DNA from: Azolla caroliniana
Taxonomy: Eukaryota > Plantae > Polypodiophyta
NCBI GenBank assembly: GCA_043228905.1
Contig: JBHGNT010000022.1
Coordinates: 3,472,001 to 3,536,000 of the forward strand
Direction: 5' to 3'
Length of the DNA: 64,000 bases
This document shows positions 37,145-49,384 of this stretch, in pieces (the stretch's first letter is position 1; each line of letters starts with the position of its first letter). Made by a program: the position numbers and the translations under genes. The notes beneath the pieces were generated by a model, which worked only from the letters and a program-made list of their open reading frames with translations, made no database searches and was not told the DNA's origin.

Positions 37145-40100
37145 ATGGAAGGCGGCGGCAGCGGGCAGCCGGAGATGATGGTGCTGAATGCGCAGAATTA
37201 CGCCGACTGGAAGATCAAGATGGAGGATCTTCTGATTGTTCGGGACCTGTACGAACCGATTGACAGGTCGGAAATACCGAAAGGGGTACTTGAGTCGGAA
37301 TGGAGGCTTCTGAACCGGAAAGCCGTTGCAACCATTCGGCAATACGTCGACGTGAGCGTCCTACAACATGTTGCAAACGACACCAACGCATATGAGATGT
37401 GGAAGAAGCTGTCGGGCCTCTACGAGAGGAAGAATGCGTTGAACCGGACCTCCCTGATGAGGAAGATAGTGAATCTCAAGTACCGGGACAGCGAGAGTAT
37501 GGTGGAACACGTAAGCACGTTCATGGGTTTCGTGAACCAGCTTGCGGCGATTAAGTTCCCGTTGGAGGATGCAATGCAAGCCATCATCCTGATGTGTACA
37601 TTGCCGGAAAGCTGGGAGAACTTGGTGGTGACTCTCAGCACCTCGTGCACCGAAGATAACTTGTCCTTACAAATGGTAAAGACAAGTATTTTGAACGAAG
37701 AAGCGCGTCGGAGAGATAAAGAACCGGCCTCCGACACGAAGGCGCTGCTTACCGAATCGGATCGGGGAAGACAATGGAACCGGAGTCCGCAAAGACGGGA
37801 GAAGTCGGGGACCCGGTCGCAGTCAAGAGGAAGGCCTACATGCTTCCACTGTGGGAAGCCGGGGCACTTCCGAAAGAATTGTCGGCATTACCGAAAAGAC
37901 AACGGAGCCGACGACACCGATTCGAAGAAGTCACCGGAGAGAAACGGTGCATACCGGGGAGCCACGGACCGGAGAGGTTCGGATCGGCGAGGGCAGGACC
38001 GGAAAGGAACAACGGCACTCGCGGCAAGTGAGGAAGAAATCATGCTCATCACCGAAGAAGGTGAGCTAAACATTGCCGGCGATGAGACGACCTGGGTGGT
38101 CGATTCCGGAGCATCGTTCCACCTGACCCCGGAGAGAAGATACTTCTCATCCTACACAGCCGGTGAGCATGGCTGTGTTCGGATGGGAAATGAAGGTACG
38201 TGCCGGATTGCCGGCATCGGAGACGTGTGGTTGACAACCCCGACCGGATGCAAAATGCTGCTGAAGGATGTCCGACACGTTCCGGAGGTTCGATTGAACC
38301 TGATTTCGGCCGGGAGGCTAGACGATGAAGGCTACACAGGTAGCATCCGGAACGGCGTAATGAAGTTCAGCAAGGGGAGCCTGATAGTGGCTCGGGCCCG
38401 GAAAGACAACACACTGTACCTGATGAATGCCCGGTTATGTCCGGAAGAGCTGAATGTGGCAGCCGACACTGCCGGTGAGCTGTGGCACAAGAGACTGTGC
38501 CACATGAGTGAGAAGGGGATGAAGAGGCTTGCAGAAGACAACCTTATTCCAGTGAAGCATGTGCACCTGGAGAAGTGCACCGATTGCCTGGCCGGTAAGC
38601 AGAACCGAACCTCCTTCCACTCAAGGCCACCGACGAGACGTAGCGCACCATTGGAGTTGGTGCACACTGATGTGTGTCAGGTAGAAACGAAGTCACATGG
38701 CGGAGCCCAGTACTTCGTAACTTTCATAGATGATCATAGCCGAAGACTGTGGACGGCACCGATGAAGACAAAGGACCAAGTGTTGTCCGTCTTCAAAGAA
38801 CTCCATGCGAGAGTGGAAAGAGAATCCGGCAAGAAGCTGAAAGCGATACGAGCGGATAACGGAGGGGAATACCGGGGGCAGTTCCAGGAGTACTGTCGCT
38901 CGAAGGGAATCCGACTCGAGTTTACTGTGCCGAAGACGCCGGAACTGAACGGGCTGGCCGAGAGGATGAACCGGACCATAATGGAGAGGGTCCGGAGTAT
39001 GCTGGCGCATGCGAAATTACCCAAGGGATTTTGGGCTGAGGCAATGTCGACGGCGACATATGTGATAAATAGATCACCCTCGGTACCTTTGGACGGAGAC
39101 ACGCCGCAGAGAGTGTGGACCGGTAAGGAAGTATCCTACCGGCATCTGAAGGTGTTCGGGTGTCTCGCATACGTGCATGTGGCAAAGGACCGGAGAGGAA
39201 AGCTAGATCCAAAGACCCGGCCATGCATATTCCTCGGTTACGGCGATGACGAGTTCGGCTACCGAGTATGGGACCCGGTCGACAAGAAGATATTCAGGAG
39301 TCGAGACATCATCTTCATGGAGGACAAGACACTCGCCGACTGGGAGTCGGAGAAGAAGATGAAGAGCTCCAAGTCGACCGGTGAGGATCAACTCTACGAG
39401 GAGCAGTCCCGACCGGCAAGGGACCGGTTAGCACTCGAGGATCCGGCCGAAGACGGTGAAGAAACAGAACCGGCCGAAGAAGATGAAAATGATACCGGAA
39501 CCGGCCCCGATCCCGAAATGGATTCGGATGAAGAAGAATCGGAAGAACCGGTTACCGAAGCTCCGGAACGGAGATACCCTCTAAGAGAGAGAAGGGCCCC
39601 CCGGAGATTTCCGGAACCAGAGCACGTGTTGCTAACCGACGAGGGGGAGCCGGAGAGCTTTGAAGAAGCAAAGCATGACACCCAGAGCCGCAGGTGGTTG
39701 AGTGCCATGCAGGACGAGATGGATTCCCTGCATGAGAACCACACATATGAACTTGTGGAGTTGCCGAAAGGAAAGCGGGCACTTCGAAACAAGTGGGTGT
39801 TCAAGCTGAAACCGGGAGATGCCGGAAACCCCCCGAGATACAAAGCCAGGATCGTGGTGAAGGGGTTTCAGCAGAAGAAGGGCGTCGACTTCGACGAGAT
39901 ATTTGCCCCGGTAGTGAAGATGACCTCCATCCGGACGGTGCTGAGCATAGCGGCAAGCATGGACCTCGAGGTAGAACAGATGGACGTGAAGACGGCATTC
40001 CTTCACGGTGACCTCGATGAAGAGATCTACATGCAGCAACTGGAAGGATTCGAGAAGAAAGGGAAGGAGCACCTGGTATGCCGATTGAAGAAGAGCCTTT

Positions 40101-41861
40101 ACGGACTGAAGCAGGCTCCCCGGCAATGGTACCGGAAGTTCGACTCCTTCATGACCGACGAAGGGTACCTCAAAACGCAGTCCGACCACTGCGTGTTTGT
40201 GAAGAAGTTCGAAGGAGGAGACTTCCTAATACTCCTCCTGTACGTGGACGACATGTTGATCGTCGGACGGGACCAGGTCAAGATACGGATGCTGAAGAAG
40301 GCTCTTCACCGAACNNNNNNNNNNNNNNNNNNNNNNNNNNNNNNNNNNNNNNNNNNNNNNNNNNNNNNNNNNNNNNNNNNNNNNNNNNNNNNNNNNNNNN
40401 NNNNNNNNNNNNNNAAAGCGGGCACTTCGAAACAAGTGGGTGTTCAAGCTGAAACCGGGAGATGCCGGAAACCCCCCGAGATACAAAGCCAGGATCGTGG
40501 TGAAGGGGTTTCAGCAGAAGAAGGGCGTCGACTTCGACGAGATATTTGCCCCGGTAGTGAAGATGACCTCCATCCGGACGGTGCTGAGCATAGCGGCAAG
40601 CATGGACCTCGAGGTAGAACAGATGGACGTGAAGACGGCATTCCTTCACGGTGACCTCGATGAAGAGATCTACATGCAGCAACTGGAAGGATTCGAGAAG
40701 AAAGGGAAGGAGCACCTGGTATGCCGATTGAAGAAGAGCCTTTACGGACTGAAGCAGGCTCCCCGGCAATGGTACCGGAAGTTCGACTCCTTCATGACCG
40801 ACGAAGGGTACCTCAAAACGCAGTCCGACCACTGCGTGTTTGTGAAGAAGTTCGAAGGAGGAGACTTCCTAATACTCCTCCTGTACGTGGACGACATGTT
40901 GATCGTCGGACGGGACCAGGTCAAGATACGGATGCTGAAGAAGGCTCTTCACCGAACCTTCTCAATGAAGGACCTGGGTCCGGCGAGGCAAATACTAGGG
41001 ATGCACATCATCCGGGACAGGAAGAAGAAGCAGTTGTGGCTGTCACAGGAGAAGTACGTGACGAAGGTGCTTCACCGGTTCAACATGTGGGAAGCAAGAC
41101 CGGTCGGATCGACCCTCCCTGCAAACTGCAAGCTGTCCAGCAAGCAAAGTCCCAAGACAAAGGCTGAAAAGGAGGATATGATGAAAGTGCCGTATGCCTC
41201 AGCAGTCGGGAGCTTGATGTACGCCATGGTGTGTACGAGACCGGACATCGGAAATGCAGTCGGAGTGGTGAGCCGGTACATGAGCAATCCCGGCAAAGAG
41301 CATTGGAACGCGGCCAAGTGGATACTCCGATACCTGAAGGGCACAGCAAACGTGTGCCTCCGATTCGGCTCCGGTAAGCCCGAACTCGACGGCTTCACCG
41401 ATTCGGATATGTCGGCTGATGCAGATACCAGCCGGTCCACATCAGGGTATGTGATGACGTATGCAGGGGGAGCTGTTTCGTGGCAGTCGAGGCTGCAGAA
41501 GACGGTTGCGTTGTCAACCACGGAGGCGGAGTACATGGCAGCTGTTGAAGCCGGCAAGGAAATAATATGGATGAAGGACTTCATCAGAGAGCTCGGTATC
41601 CAGCAGGAGGAGTACCGACTCTACTGCGACAGTCAGAGTGCAATCCACCTTGCGAAGAACACGGCCTATCACTCCCGGACGAAGCACATCCAGCGAAGAT
41701 ATCACTGGATCCGGGAAAGGATAGAAGACAAGGAGTTCGTGCTGACAAAGATCCACACGGACGAGAACGGGTCGGATATGCTGACCAAGGTCCTCACACA
41801 CGACAAGCTGGAAGCATGCCGGAAGAGGATCGGATTGGAAAGACATCCCATGCCGAAGTGA
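37145..41861 (+). CDS. gag-pol: H Gag-Pol polyprotein (capsid, CCHC, PR, INT, RT, RNase H), ~1357 aa after removing the gap duplication
   Basis: Stop-free from ATG 37145 to the gap and from the gap to TGA 41861. Motifs CFHCGKPGHFRKNC, WVVDSGAS, HTDVC, RADNGGE, NGLAER, YVDD, FTDSD. Confidence 0.9.
40315..40414. other. Assembly gap (100 N) flanked by an unmerged 543-bp overlap
   Basis: 39772-40314 is repeated identically at 40415-40957 (offset 643, also visible in the ORF track). Confidence 0.95.
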
Positions 41862-41871
41862 AGGGGGAGTT

Positions 41872-42487
41872 TGTTGGAATTACGGTCCCTTCGGATGGGA
41901 TGGTCGGATGTCGGAAATGAATGCCGACGAGCCCGGTTTCGGTTTCGGATCCGGATGACGAAGACCCCGGCTTCGGTGCCGGATGACGGATGTACCCGGA
42001 GAGCGATCCGGATGCAGGGACATATCCGTGAATATGTTCGCTATGGGCCCCTGAGGCTATAGTTGTAAATAGCCCAAAGTCATATAAGTATAAATATGAC
42101 TTAGGGCAAACAGTTTTACGGTTGCTACTCATTTTTCTGTTTTTCCACTCAAGAGGAGTGAAGAGAGAGCAGCCGTGAGAGAGAGAGAGCGATAGAGCGC
42201 GAGAGAGGAAGAGGTAGACGCCTCTGTGTATTTCCGCCGCCTGTGGCGAGGACAGCGAGCTCAAGGTCGTCGCCTTGCAGCTCGCCATTGTATACTTCTC
42301 TGTATAGTGTTGGTTTGGAGTCTTGTACTCCCGTGGTTTTTCCCGTCTAGGGTTTTCCACGTTAATCCCTGTGTACTCGCGTTTTTTCCTTGTTTCTCCG
42401 TGTGGTTCCTATTTTCTGCTCCATTGATCCGCGATTAATCGGTTGTGGCCGAGTGAAGAAGGTGAATAGAAGCGTCGATTCTCAACA
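41872..42487 (+). repeat. H 3' LTR
   Basis: Direct repeat of 36499-37114, following the PPT. Confidence 0.95.
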
Positions 42488-43134
42488 GGTTCTCATGCAG
42501 GGAATCCATCTCCTCCTGCATGGCACTTAACCACCTGCGGCTATGGGTGTCAAGCTTTGCTTCTTCAAAACTCTCCGGCTCCCCTTCGTCAGTTAGCAGC
42601 ACGTGCTCTGGTTCCGGAAATCTCCGGGGGGCCCTTCTCTCTCTTAGAGGATATCTCCGTTCCGGAGCTTCGGTAACCGGCTCCTCCGTTTCCTCTTCAT
42701 CCGAATCCATTTCGGGATCGGGGCCGGTTCCGGTATCAGTTCCATCTTCCTCGGCCGGTTCTGTTTCTTCACCGTCTTCGGCCGGATCCTCGAGTGCTAA
42801 CCGGTCCCTTGCCGGTCGGGACTGCTCCTCGTAGAGTTGATCCTCACCGGTCGACTTGGAGCTCTTCATCTTCTTCTCCGACTCCCAGTCGGCGAGTGTC
42901 TTGTCCTCTATGAAGATGATATCACGACTCCGGAATATCTTTTTGTCGACCGGGTCCCATACTCGGTAGCCGAACTCGTCATCGCCGTAACCGAGGAATA
43001 TGCATGGCCGGGTCTTTGGATCTAGCTTTCCTCTCCGGTCCTTTGCCACATGCACATATGCGAGACACCCGAACACCTTCAGATGCCGGTAGGATACTTC
43101 CCTACCGGTCCACACTCTCTGCGGCGTGTCTCCG

Positions 43135-46100
43135 TGTCGAATACAAGTGTATAATGGACGTATTCACACTATCCCTTTGTATAGCTCAAGTTTGGGCCAT
43201 TTGCGTAATTAGCATAAATGGTAGTTGCCCTAAGTTTGTCACTATATAACGTGACCTAGTAACCTTTTTGTAAGGTTGGTTGTATTATTGTTTCTATTGA
43301 ATAGAAAGATTCTTTTGTGCCTCCTCTCTCTCTCTCTCTCTATCTCTGTGCACGATCTTGGAAACTGTCATACGCAGGTACTCAACCCCAATCGAATGCT
43401 ACTTGATCTTCCGCATTGACGGCCTTGTCTTCAACATTTGGTATCAGAGCCTGGTCCCTCAACCCGCTGTCGGCCGTCGTCTCAGCCTGCACAGCATTCG
43501 GTTCTTCGCGTCATCACAGCCTGCACAGTATTCGGCCTTTCGCTTCATCCTAGTCTGCAAAGCATTCGGTTTCTTGCGTCATTCGAAGAAACAGAGAAGA
43601 AAGTAGGCAAACACAAGCTTGAATCTCGCTGCGTTAGATCATCACTCGGAGTAAGCCAGTCGGCTGTACTCTACTTCCTTGATCGTAACTGCTTGAGGTG
43701 GGCTTCCTGCACAACGACGACTTCAAGGACAACCCCAGTTCGTGTTTCATTCGATTGGACAATAATCGGAAGGACCAGTCGGTTCCATTGCTCTCACCGT
43801 TGCAGTCAACCGAAACTGAATCGGCTTGAAGTACTGTCGGATCGTTAAATCTAGGTTCAACTCGACTAAGACAGTTGTCGGTAGTCAATCCGAACCAAAT
43901 CCCCGATTCTCCGTAATCAACATCACTTGTGTCCAACTTCGGCTAGAACGACACTGAGTGGGCCAAACCACTGCACTTCACCAAAGTTCGTAGCCGACTT
44001 AGGGCAGAGTCATGACATCAACATCCGGCTCGTCAGAAATGAGTCTACGAAAGTTCGATGGATCGAACTTCAACTTCTGGAAGGAGCAAATGCAGGACTA
44101 TCTCATAGTCAAGGGGCAAATCGATCCCATCGAAAATGAAGAACCTCCAGAAGGATACAAACCAATTGAGTGGCAGAAGCTGGACAGAATCGTCTGCGCC
44201 ACGATTCGGATGCACCTATCGGAATCGGTATACTTTACGGTGCAATCGTGTACGACAGCATTCGAACTGTGGAAAACACTGTCGGACACCTACGAAAAGA
44301 AGGTCGCTGCAACGAAGATGTTTCTGATCCGGCGCCTCTACAACTTGCGGATGAAAGAATCAGATTCGGTTCAAGCACATCTCAATGAGTACGAAAGCAT
44401 AAGCTCCCAAATCTCATCTCAGGGGACGGCAATCGAGGATGAACTCAGAGCAATGATACTCATGAGCAGCCTTCCCTCATCATGGGAAACTTTCGTCACA
44501 ACCGTGTGCAACGCGTCAACCACGGCTGTTAAATACTCCGAAGTCACGAGCGCAATCCTGACCGAAGCAGCTCCGAGAAAGTCTTTCGCCAAAGACTCAA
44601 CAGACGACGCTTATGTAGTACAAGGTTCGACAGACCGATCGAACATACGAGGAAGAGATTCCTCACGGCAGCCGAACAATCAGCGAAGACGGAGCCAGTC
44701 ACGGGATAATCGAATCTGCAACTATTGCAAGAAACCCGGACACATCAAAGCCGACTGCCGCGCACTCAAGAACAAGAACGACAAGTCTCAGAAATCAGAC
44801 AAGAAGAGTGGCCGGCATGAGGAGATCAATTACGTCAGCTTCTCAGCTGATGTGCTACCAAACGACCCAAATATACTATCAATCGAAAATCCAGTCGGAT
44901 CAGAAGTTCTGCTCACGACTGAAGAATCGAGCACATGGCTCTTAGATTCGGGCGCGTCATTTCACGAGACTCCTCATCGATCCCAATTTCGGCAATATAC
45001 GATCCGTCACTCCGACTCAGTTCGAGTCGGCAACTCGCAACACTGTGACATCATTGGAATCGGCACAGTAGAGCTCAACCTTGCAGGTGGCTCTACACTT
45101 GTACTTCACAATGTCCGACATGTACCCGAGCTCTCAAGGCCGTTGATCTCAGTCGGACAACTAGATGAAGACGGCATTTGTGCCGGTTTTTCTTCGGGAG
45201 GGTGGACACTCCACAGGGGGAACCTCCTGCTTGCTAGAGGACCCAAGATACACTCACTGTATCCGTTACATGTTACGCTCAGAGAGGGTAACCTGTTTTT
45301 GGTGGATATTCCTGTGTCATCACTATGGCACAGAAGATTAGGACACCTCAGCAAGGCCGGCATTACGCACCTATCTAGAGCCGGATACATCCCTAAACTC
45401 TCCTTCTCGGACCATCAATTCTGCGAACATTGCCAGTATGGCAAACAAGCAGCCGCATCACACCCGACATCAGCACCAAGAGAAACGAGACCTCTCGATT
45501 TAGTCCACTCGGACGTCTGTGGCCCAATGCCGCATCAGTCTCTCGGCGGTGCCTCTTACTTCGTCAGTTTTATTGACGATTCGACTCGAAAGGTGTGGGC
45601 TTATCCAATTCGCACCAAAGATCGTGTCTTCTCGATCTTCTCCGATTGGCTCGCTATGGTAGAAAATCAAACTGACCGAAAACTGAAATGCTTTCGGACC
45701 GACAATGGGGGAGAGTTCAAATCAGAAGAATTCGTCAAATTCTGCCAACAACGCGGCATCCGACGTGAATTTACAGCACCACACAGTCCGGAGCAAAACG
45801 GGATTGCAGAACGCATGAATCGGACAATCCAAGAACGGATAGTTTCCATGCTCCAACACTCCGGACTGTCGGATGGCTTCTGGACAGAGGCTCTACTCAC
45901 GGCAGTACACATAATCAATATGTCGCCAAGCAGACCTCTAGGACTTCAAATTCCTCAGGACCTATGGATCGGCAGTAAGCCGAATTACGACAAGCTGAGG
46001 ATCTTCGGATGCGAGGCGTACGCCCTTATTCCGAAAGATGATCGCCGAAAACTTGCACCTCGGTCCAGGAAATGCATTTTCCTTGGATATGGATCAGACG

Positions 46101-46871
46101 GCGAAATGGGATACCGACTCTGGGACCCCGAATGCAGACAAATCGTTCGAAGTTCGGAGACTGTCGCAACCTCCGGAGAGGTATTCTCCTGGAATTTTCT
46201 TCACCGACGCCGGCGAACCGACGTCTTACGAAGAAGCATCGACATCTGTCGATTCAGCCACCTGGCATCTGGCGATGGAGTCGGAAATGCACTCCATTCG
46301 GGCAAACAAGACTTGGGATCTGGTCGAATTACCTAAGAATCGACGTGCTCTTCCTTGCAAGTGGGTTTATCGACTAAAAGAGACGTCTGATTCGACCACC
46401 CCAAAGTACAAGGCCAGATTAGTTGCGAAGGGCTTCCGACAAGAATATGGCGTCGACTTCGACGAGATTTTTTCACCAGTGGTGAAAATGACAACCCTTC
46501 GTTTTCTACTCGGCGTAGTGGCAGCCGACAACTTGGAGCTGATTCAGCTAGATGTCAAAACAGCCTTCCTCCATGGTGATCTTGAAGAGGAAATTTATAT
46601 GGAGCAGCCAAAAGGCTTCGTGGCAACTGGCCAAGAACATCTAGTCTGCCGACTCAGGAAGAGTCTATACGGCCTCAAACAGGCACCGCGACAATGGAAC
46701 AAGAAGTTCGACGACTTCATCCAATCGATCGGCTTCTCAAAAAGCGATGAGGACCATTGTCTTTTTACCAACACAGCTCAAGATGGATCACCCATCTTCC
46801 TCATCATTTACGTGGACGACATGCTAATTTCTGGACGCCACGCGGGCGAACTTGCCGATCTCATTCGGCAA
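43135..46871 (+). mobile_element. I: Tnt1-like copia element of another family, inserted in G integrase, 3'-truncated
   Basis: LTR 43135-43436 (TG...CA), PBS TGGTATCAGAGC 43439-43450, ~560-nt leader, gag-pol from 44012. Ends within RT and joins G at CTCGGC. Confidence 0.92.
44012..46871 (+). pseudogene. gag-pol: I gag-PR-INT (open 44012 to ~46155) and partial RT
   Basis: KFDGSNFNFWKEQMQD, CNYCKKPGHIKADC, WLLDSGAS, RTDNGGE. An internal deletion near 46155 shifts the frame; RT runs to IYVDD. Confidence 0.9.
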
Positions 46872-48689
46872 CTCGGCCAGTCCGTTTAGTTCCGGCGTCT
46901 TCGGCATGGTAAATTCGAGCCGGATTCCCTTCGAGCGACAATACTCCTCGAACTGCCCCCGGTACTCACCTCCGTTATCCGCTCGAACCGCCTTCAGCTT
47001 CTTGCCGGATTCCCTTTCCACTCTCGCGTGGAGTTCCTTGAAGACGCACAACACTTGGTCCTTTGTCTTCAACGGTGCCGTCCACAGCTTCCGGCTGTGG
47101 TCATCAATGAATGTCACGAAGTACTGGGCTCCGGCATGTGACTTCGTTTCTACTTGACACACGTCAGTGTGCACCAACTCCAATGGTGCGCTACGTCTTG
47201 TCGGTGGCCTTGAGTGGAAGGAGGTTCGGTTCTGCTTACCGGCCAGGCAATCGGTGCACTTCTCCAGGTGCACATGCTTCACTGGAATAAGGTTGTCTTC
47301 TGCAAGCCTCTTCATCCCCTTCTCACTCATGTGGCACAGTCTCTTGTGCCACAGCTCACCGGCAGTGTCGGCTGCCACGTTCAACTCCTCCGGACACAAC
47401 CAGGCATTCATAAGGTACAGTGTGTTGACTTTCCGGGCCCGAGCCACTATCAGGCTCCCCTTGCTGAACTTCATTACGCAGTTCCGGATGCTACCTATGT
47501 AGCCTTCATCGTCTAGCCTCCCGGCCGAAATCAGGTTCAATCGAACCTCCGGAACGTGTCGGACATCCTTCAGCAACATTTTCCATCCGGTCGAGGTTGT
47601 CAACCACACGTCTCCTATGCCGGCAATCCGGCACGTACCTTCATTTCCCATCCGAACATAGCCATGCTCACCGGCTGTGTAGGATGAGAAGTATCTTCTT
47701 TCCGGGGTCAGGTGGAACGACGCTCCGGAATCGACCACCCAGGTAGTCTCATCGCCGGCAATGTTTAGTTCACCTTCTTCGGTGATGAGCATGATCTCCT
47801 CTTCACTTGCCGCGAGTGCCGTCGTTCCTTTCCGGTCCTGCCCTCGCCGATCCGAACCATTCCGGTCCGTGGCTCCCCGGAAAGCCCCGTTTCGTTCCGA
47901 AGACTTCTTCGAATCGGTGTCGTCGGCTCCGTTGTCTTTTCGGTAATGCCGACAATTCTTTCGGAAGTGCCCCGGCTTCCCACAGTGGAAGCATGTGGGC
48001 CTTCCTCTTGACTACGACCTGGTTCCCGACTTCTCCCGTCTTTGCGGACTCCGGTTCCGTTGTCTTCCCCGATCCGATTCGGCAAGCAGCATCTTCGGAT
48101 CGGAGGCCGGTTCTTTGTCTCTCCGACGCGCTTCTTCGTTCAAAATGCTTGTCTTTACCGTTTGTAGGGACAGGTTATCTTCGGTGCAGGAGGTGATGAG
48201 AGTCACCACCAAGTTCTCCCAGCTTGCCGGCAATGTACACATCAGGATGATGGCTTGCATTGCATCCTCCAACGGGAACTTGATCGCCGCAAGCTGGTTC
48301 ACGAATCCCATGAACGTGCTTACGTGTTCCACCATACTCTCGCCGTCCCGGTACTTGAGGTTCACTATCTTCCTCATCAGGGAGGTCCTGTTCAACGCAT
48401 TCTTCCTCTCATAGAGGCCCGACAGCTTCTGCCACATCTCATATGCGTTGGTGTCGTTCGCCACATGTTGTAGAACGCTCACGTCGACGTATTGCCGAAT
48501 GGTTGCAACGGCTTTCCGGTTCAGAAGCCTCCATTCCGTCTCAAGTACCCCCTTGGGTATTTCCGACCTGTCGATCGGTTCATACAGGTCCCGAACAATG
48601 AGCAGATCCTCCATCTTTATCTTCCAGTCGGCGTAGTTCTGCGCATTCAGCACTATCATCCCCGGCTGCCCGCTGCTGCCGCCTTCCAT
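46872..48689 (-). pseudogene. gag-pol: G gag, PR and integrase N-half
   Basis: ORFs 48012-48698 and 46824-47792, nearly identical to H, with a premature TAG at 48012-48014. Confidence 0.92.
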
Positions 48690-48720
48690 TTTCTGCACTG
48701 CAGTCGCTCTGATACCAGAT

Positions 48721-49384
48721 TGTTAGAAATTGACGCTTTCAAAACCTTCACCTCTCGGCCACAACCGAGGAAACACGAATCAATGCAGCAGTAAATCGAA
48801 AACACAGAGAGAGACTCGAATGCACAGGGTTTAGCGTGGAAAACCCTAAACGGGAAAAAACACGGGAGTGCAAGACTCCAACTATCACTATACGCAGTGA
48901 ATGTACAATGGCGAGCTGCAAGGCGACGACCTTGAGCTCGCTGTCCTCGCCACAGGCGGCGGTATTACACAGAGGCGTCGACCTCTTCCTTTCTCTCTCT
49001 CTCACTCTCTCTCTCTCTGCTGCTCTCACTTCGCTCCCTCTAAGTGGAAAACAGAAAAATGAGCAACAACAACAAAACTGTTTGCCCTAAGTCATATTTA
49101 TACACATATGACTTTCGGGCTATTTACAAATATAGCCTCAAGGGCCCTTGGCAAACATATTCACAAATATGTCCCCGCATCCGGATCTCTCTCCGGGTAC
49201 ATTCATCATCCGGCTCCGTAGCCGGGGTCTTCATCATCCGGCTCCGTAGCCGGGGTCTTCATCATCCAGATCCGGAACCGGGTCTTCATCATCTGGCTCC
49301 GATACCGGGTACTCCTCGTTCGGGTCTTCATTCCCGATTCGCGGACATCTGACCATCCCATCCGGAGGGACCGTAATCCCAACA
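48721..49384 (-). repeat. G 5' LTR
   Basis: TG...CA, adjacent to PBS-Met and the TSD. Confidence 0.93.

Larger units (their letters stand above)
36499..42487 (+). mobile_element. H: young, apparently intact Tork-like copia element inserted antisense in G
   Basis: Perfect TSD GGTTC (36494-36498 and 42488-42492), 616-bp LTRs with ~2 differences, PBS TGGTATCAGAGC 37118-37129, PPT AAGGGGGAG 41861-41869. Confidence 0.96.
34372..49384 (-). mobile_element. G: CCGG-rich copia element (H-type gag) inserted in F RT; own internal parts 35006-36498, 42493-43134, 46872-48720
   Basis: Perfect TSD GAAAC (34367-34371 and 49385-49389), LTRs 34372-35005 and 48721-49384, PBS-Met 48706-48717, PPT 35006-35016. 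Confidence 0.95.

Noticed and set aside
39772-40957. 543-bp tandem duplication inside H RT
   Set aside because: The copies are identical and flank a 100-N gap, which indicates an unmerged contig overlap.
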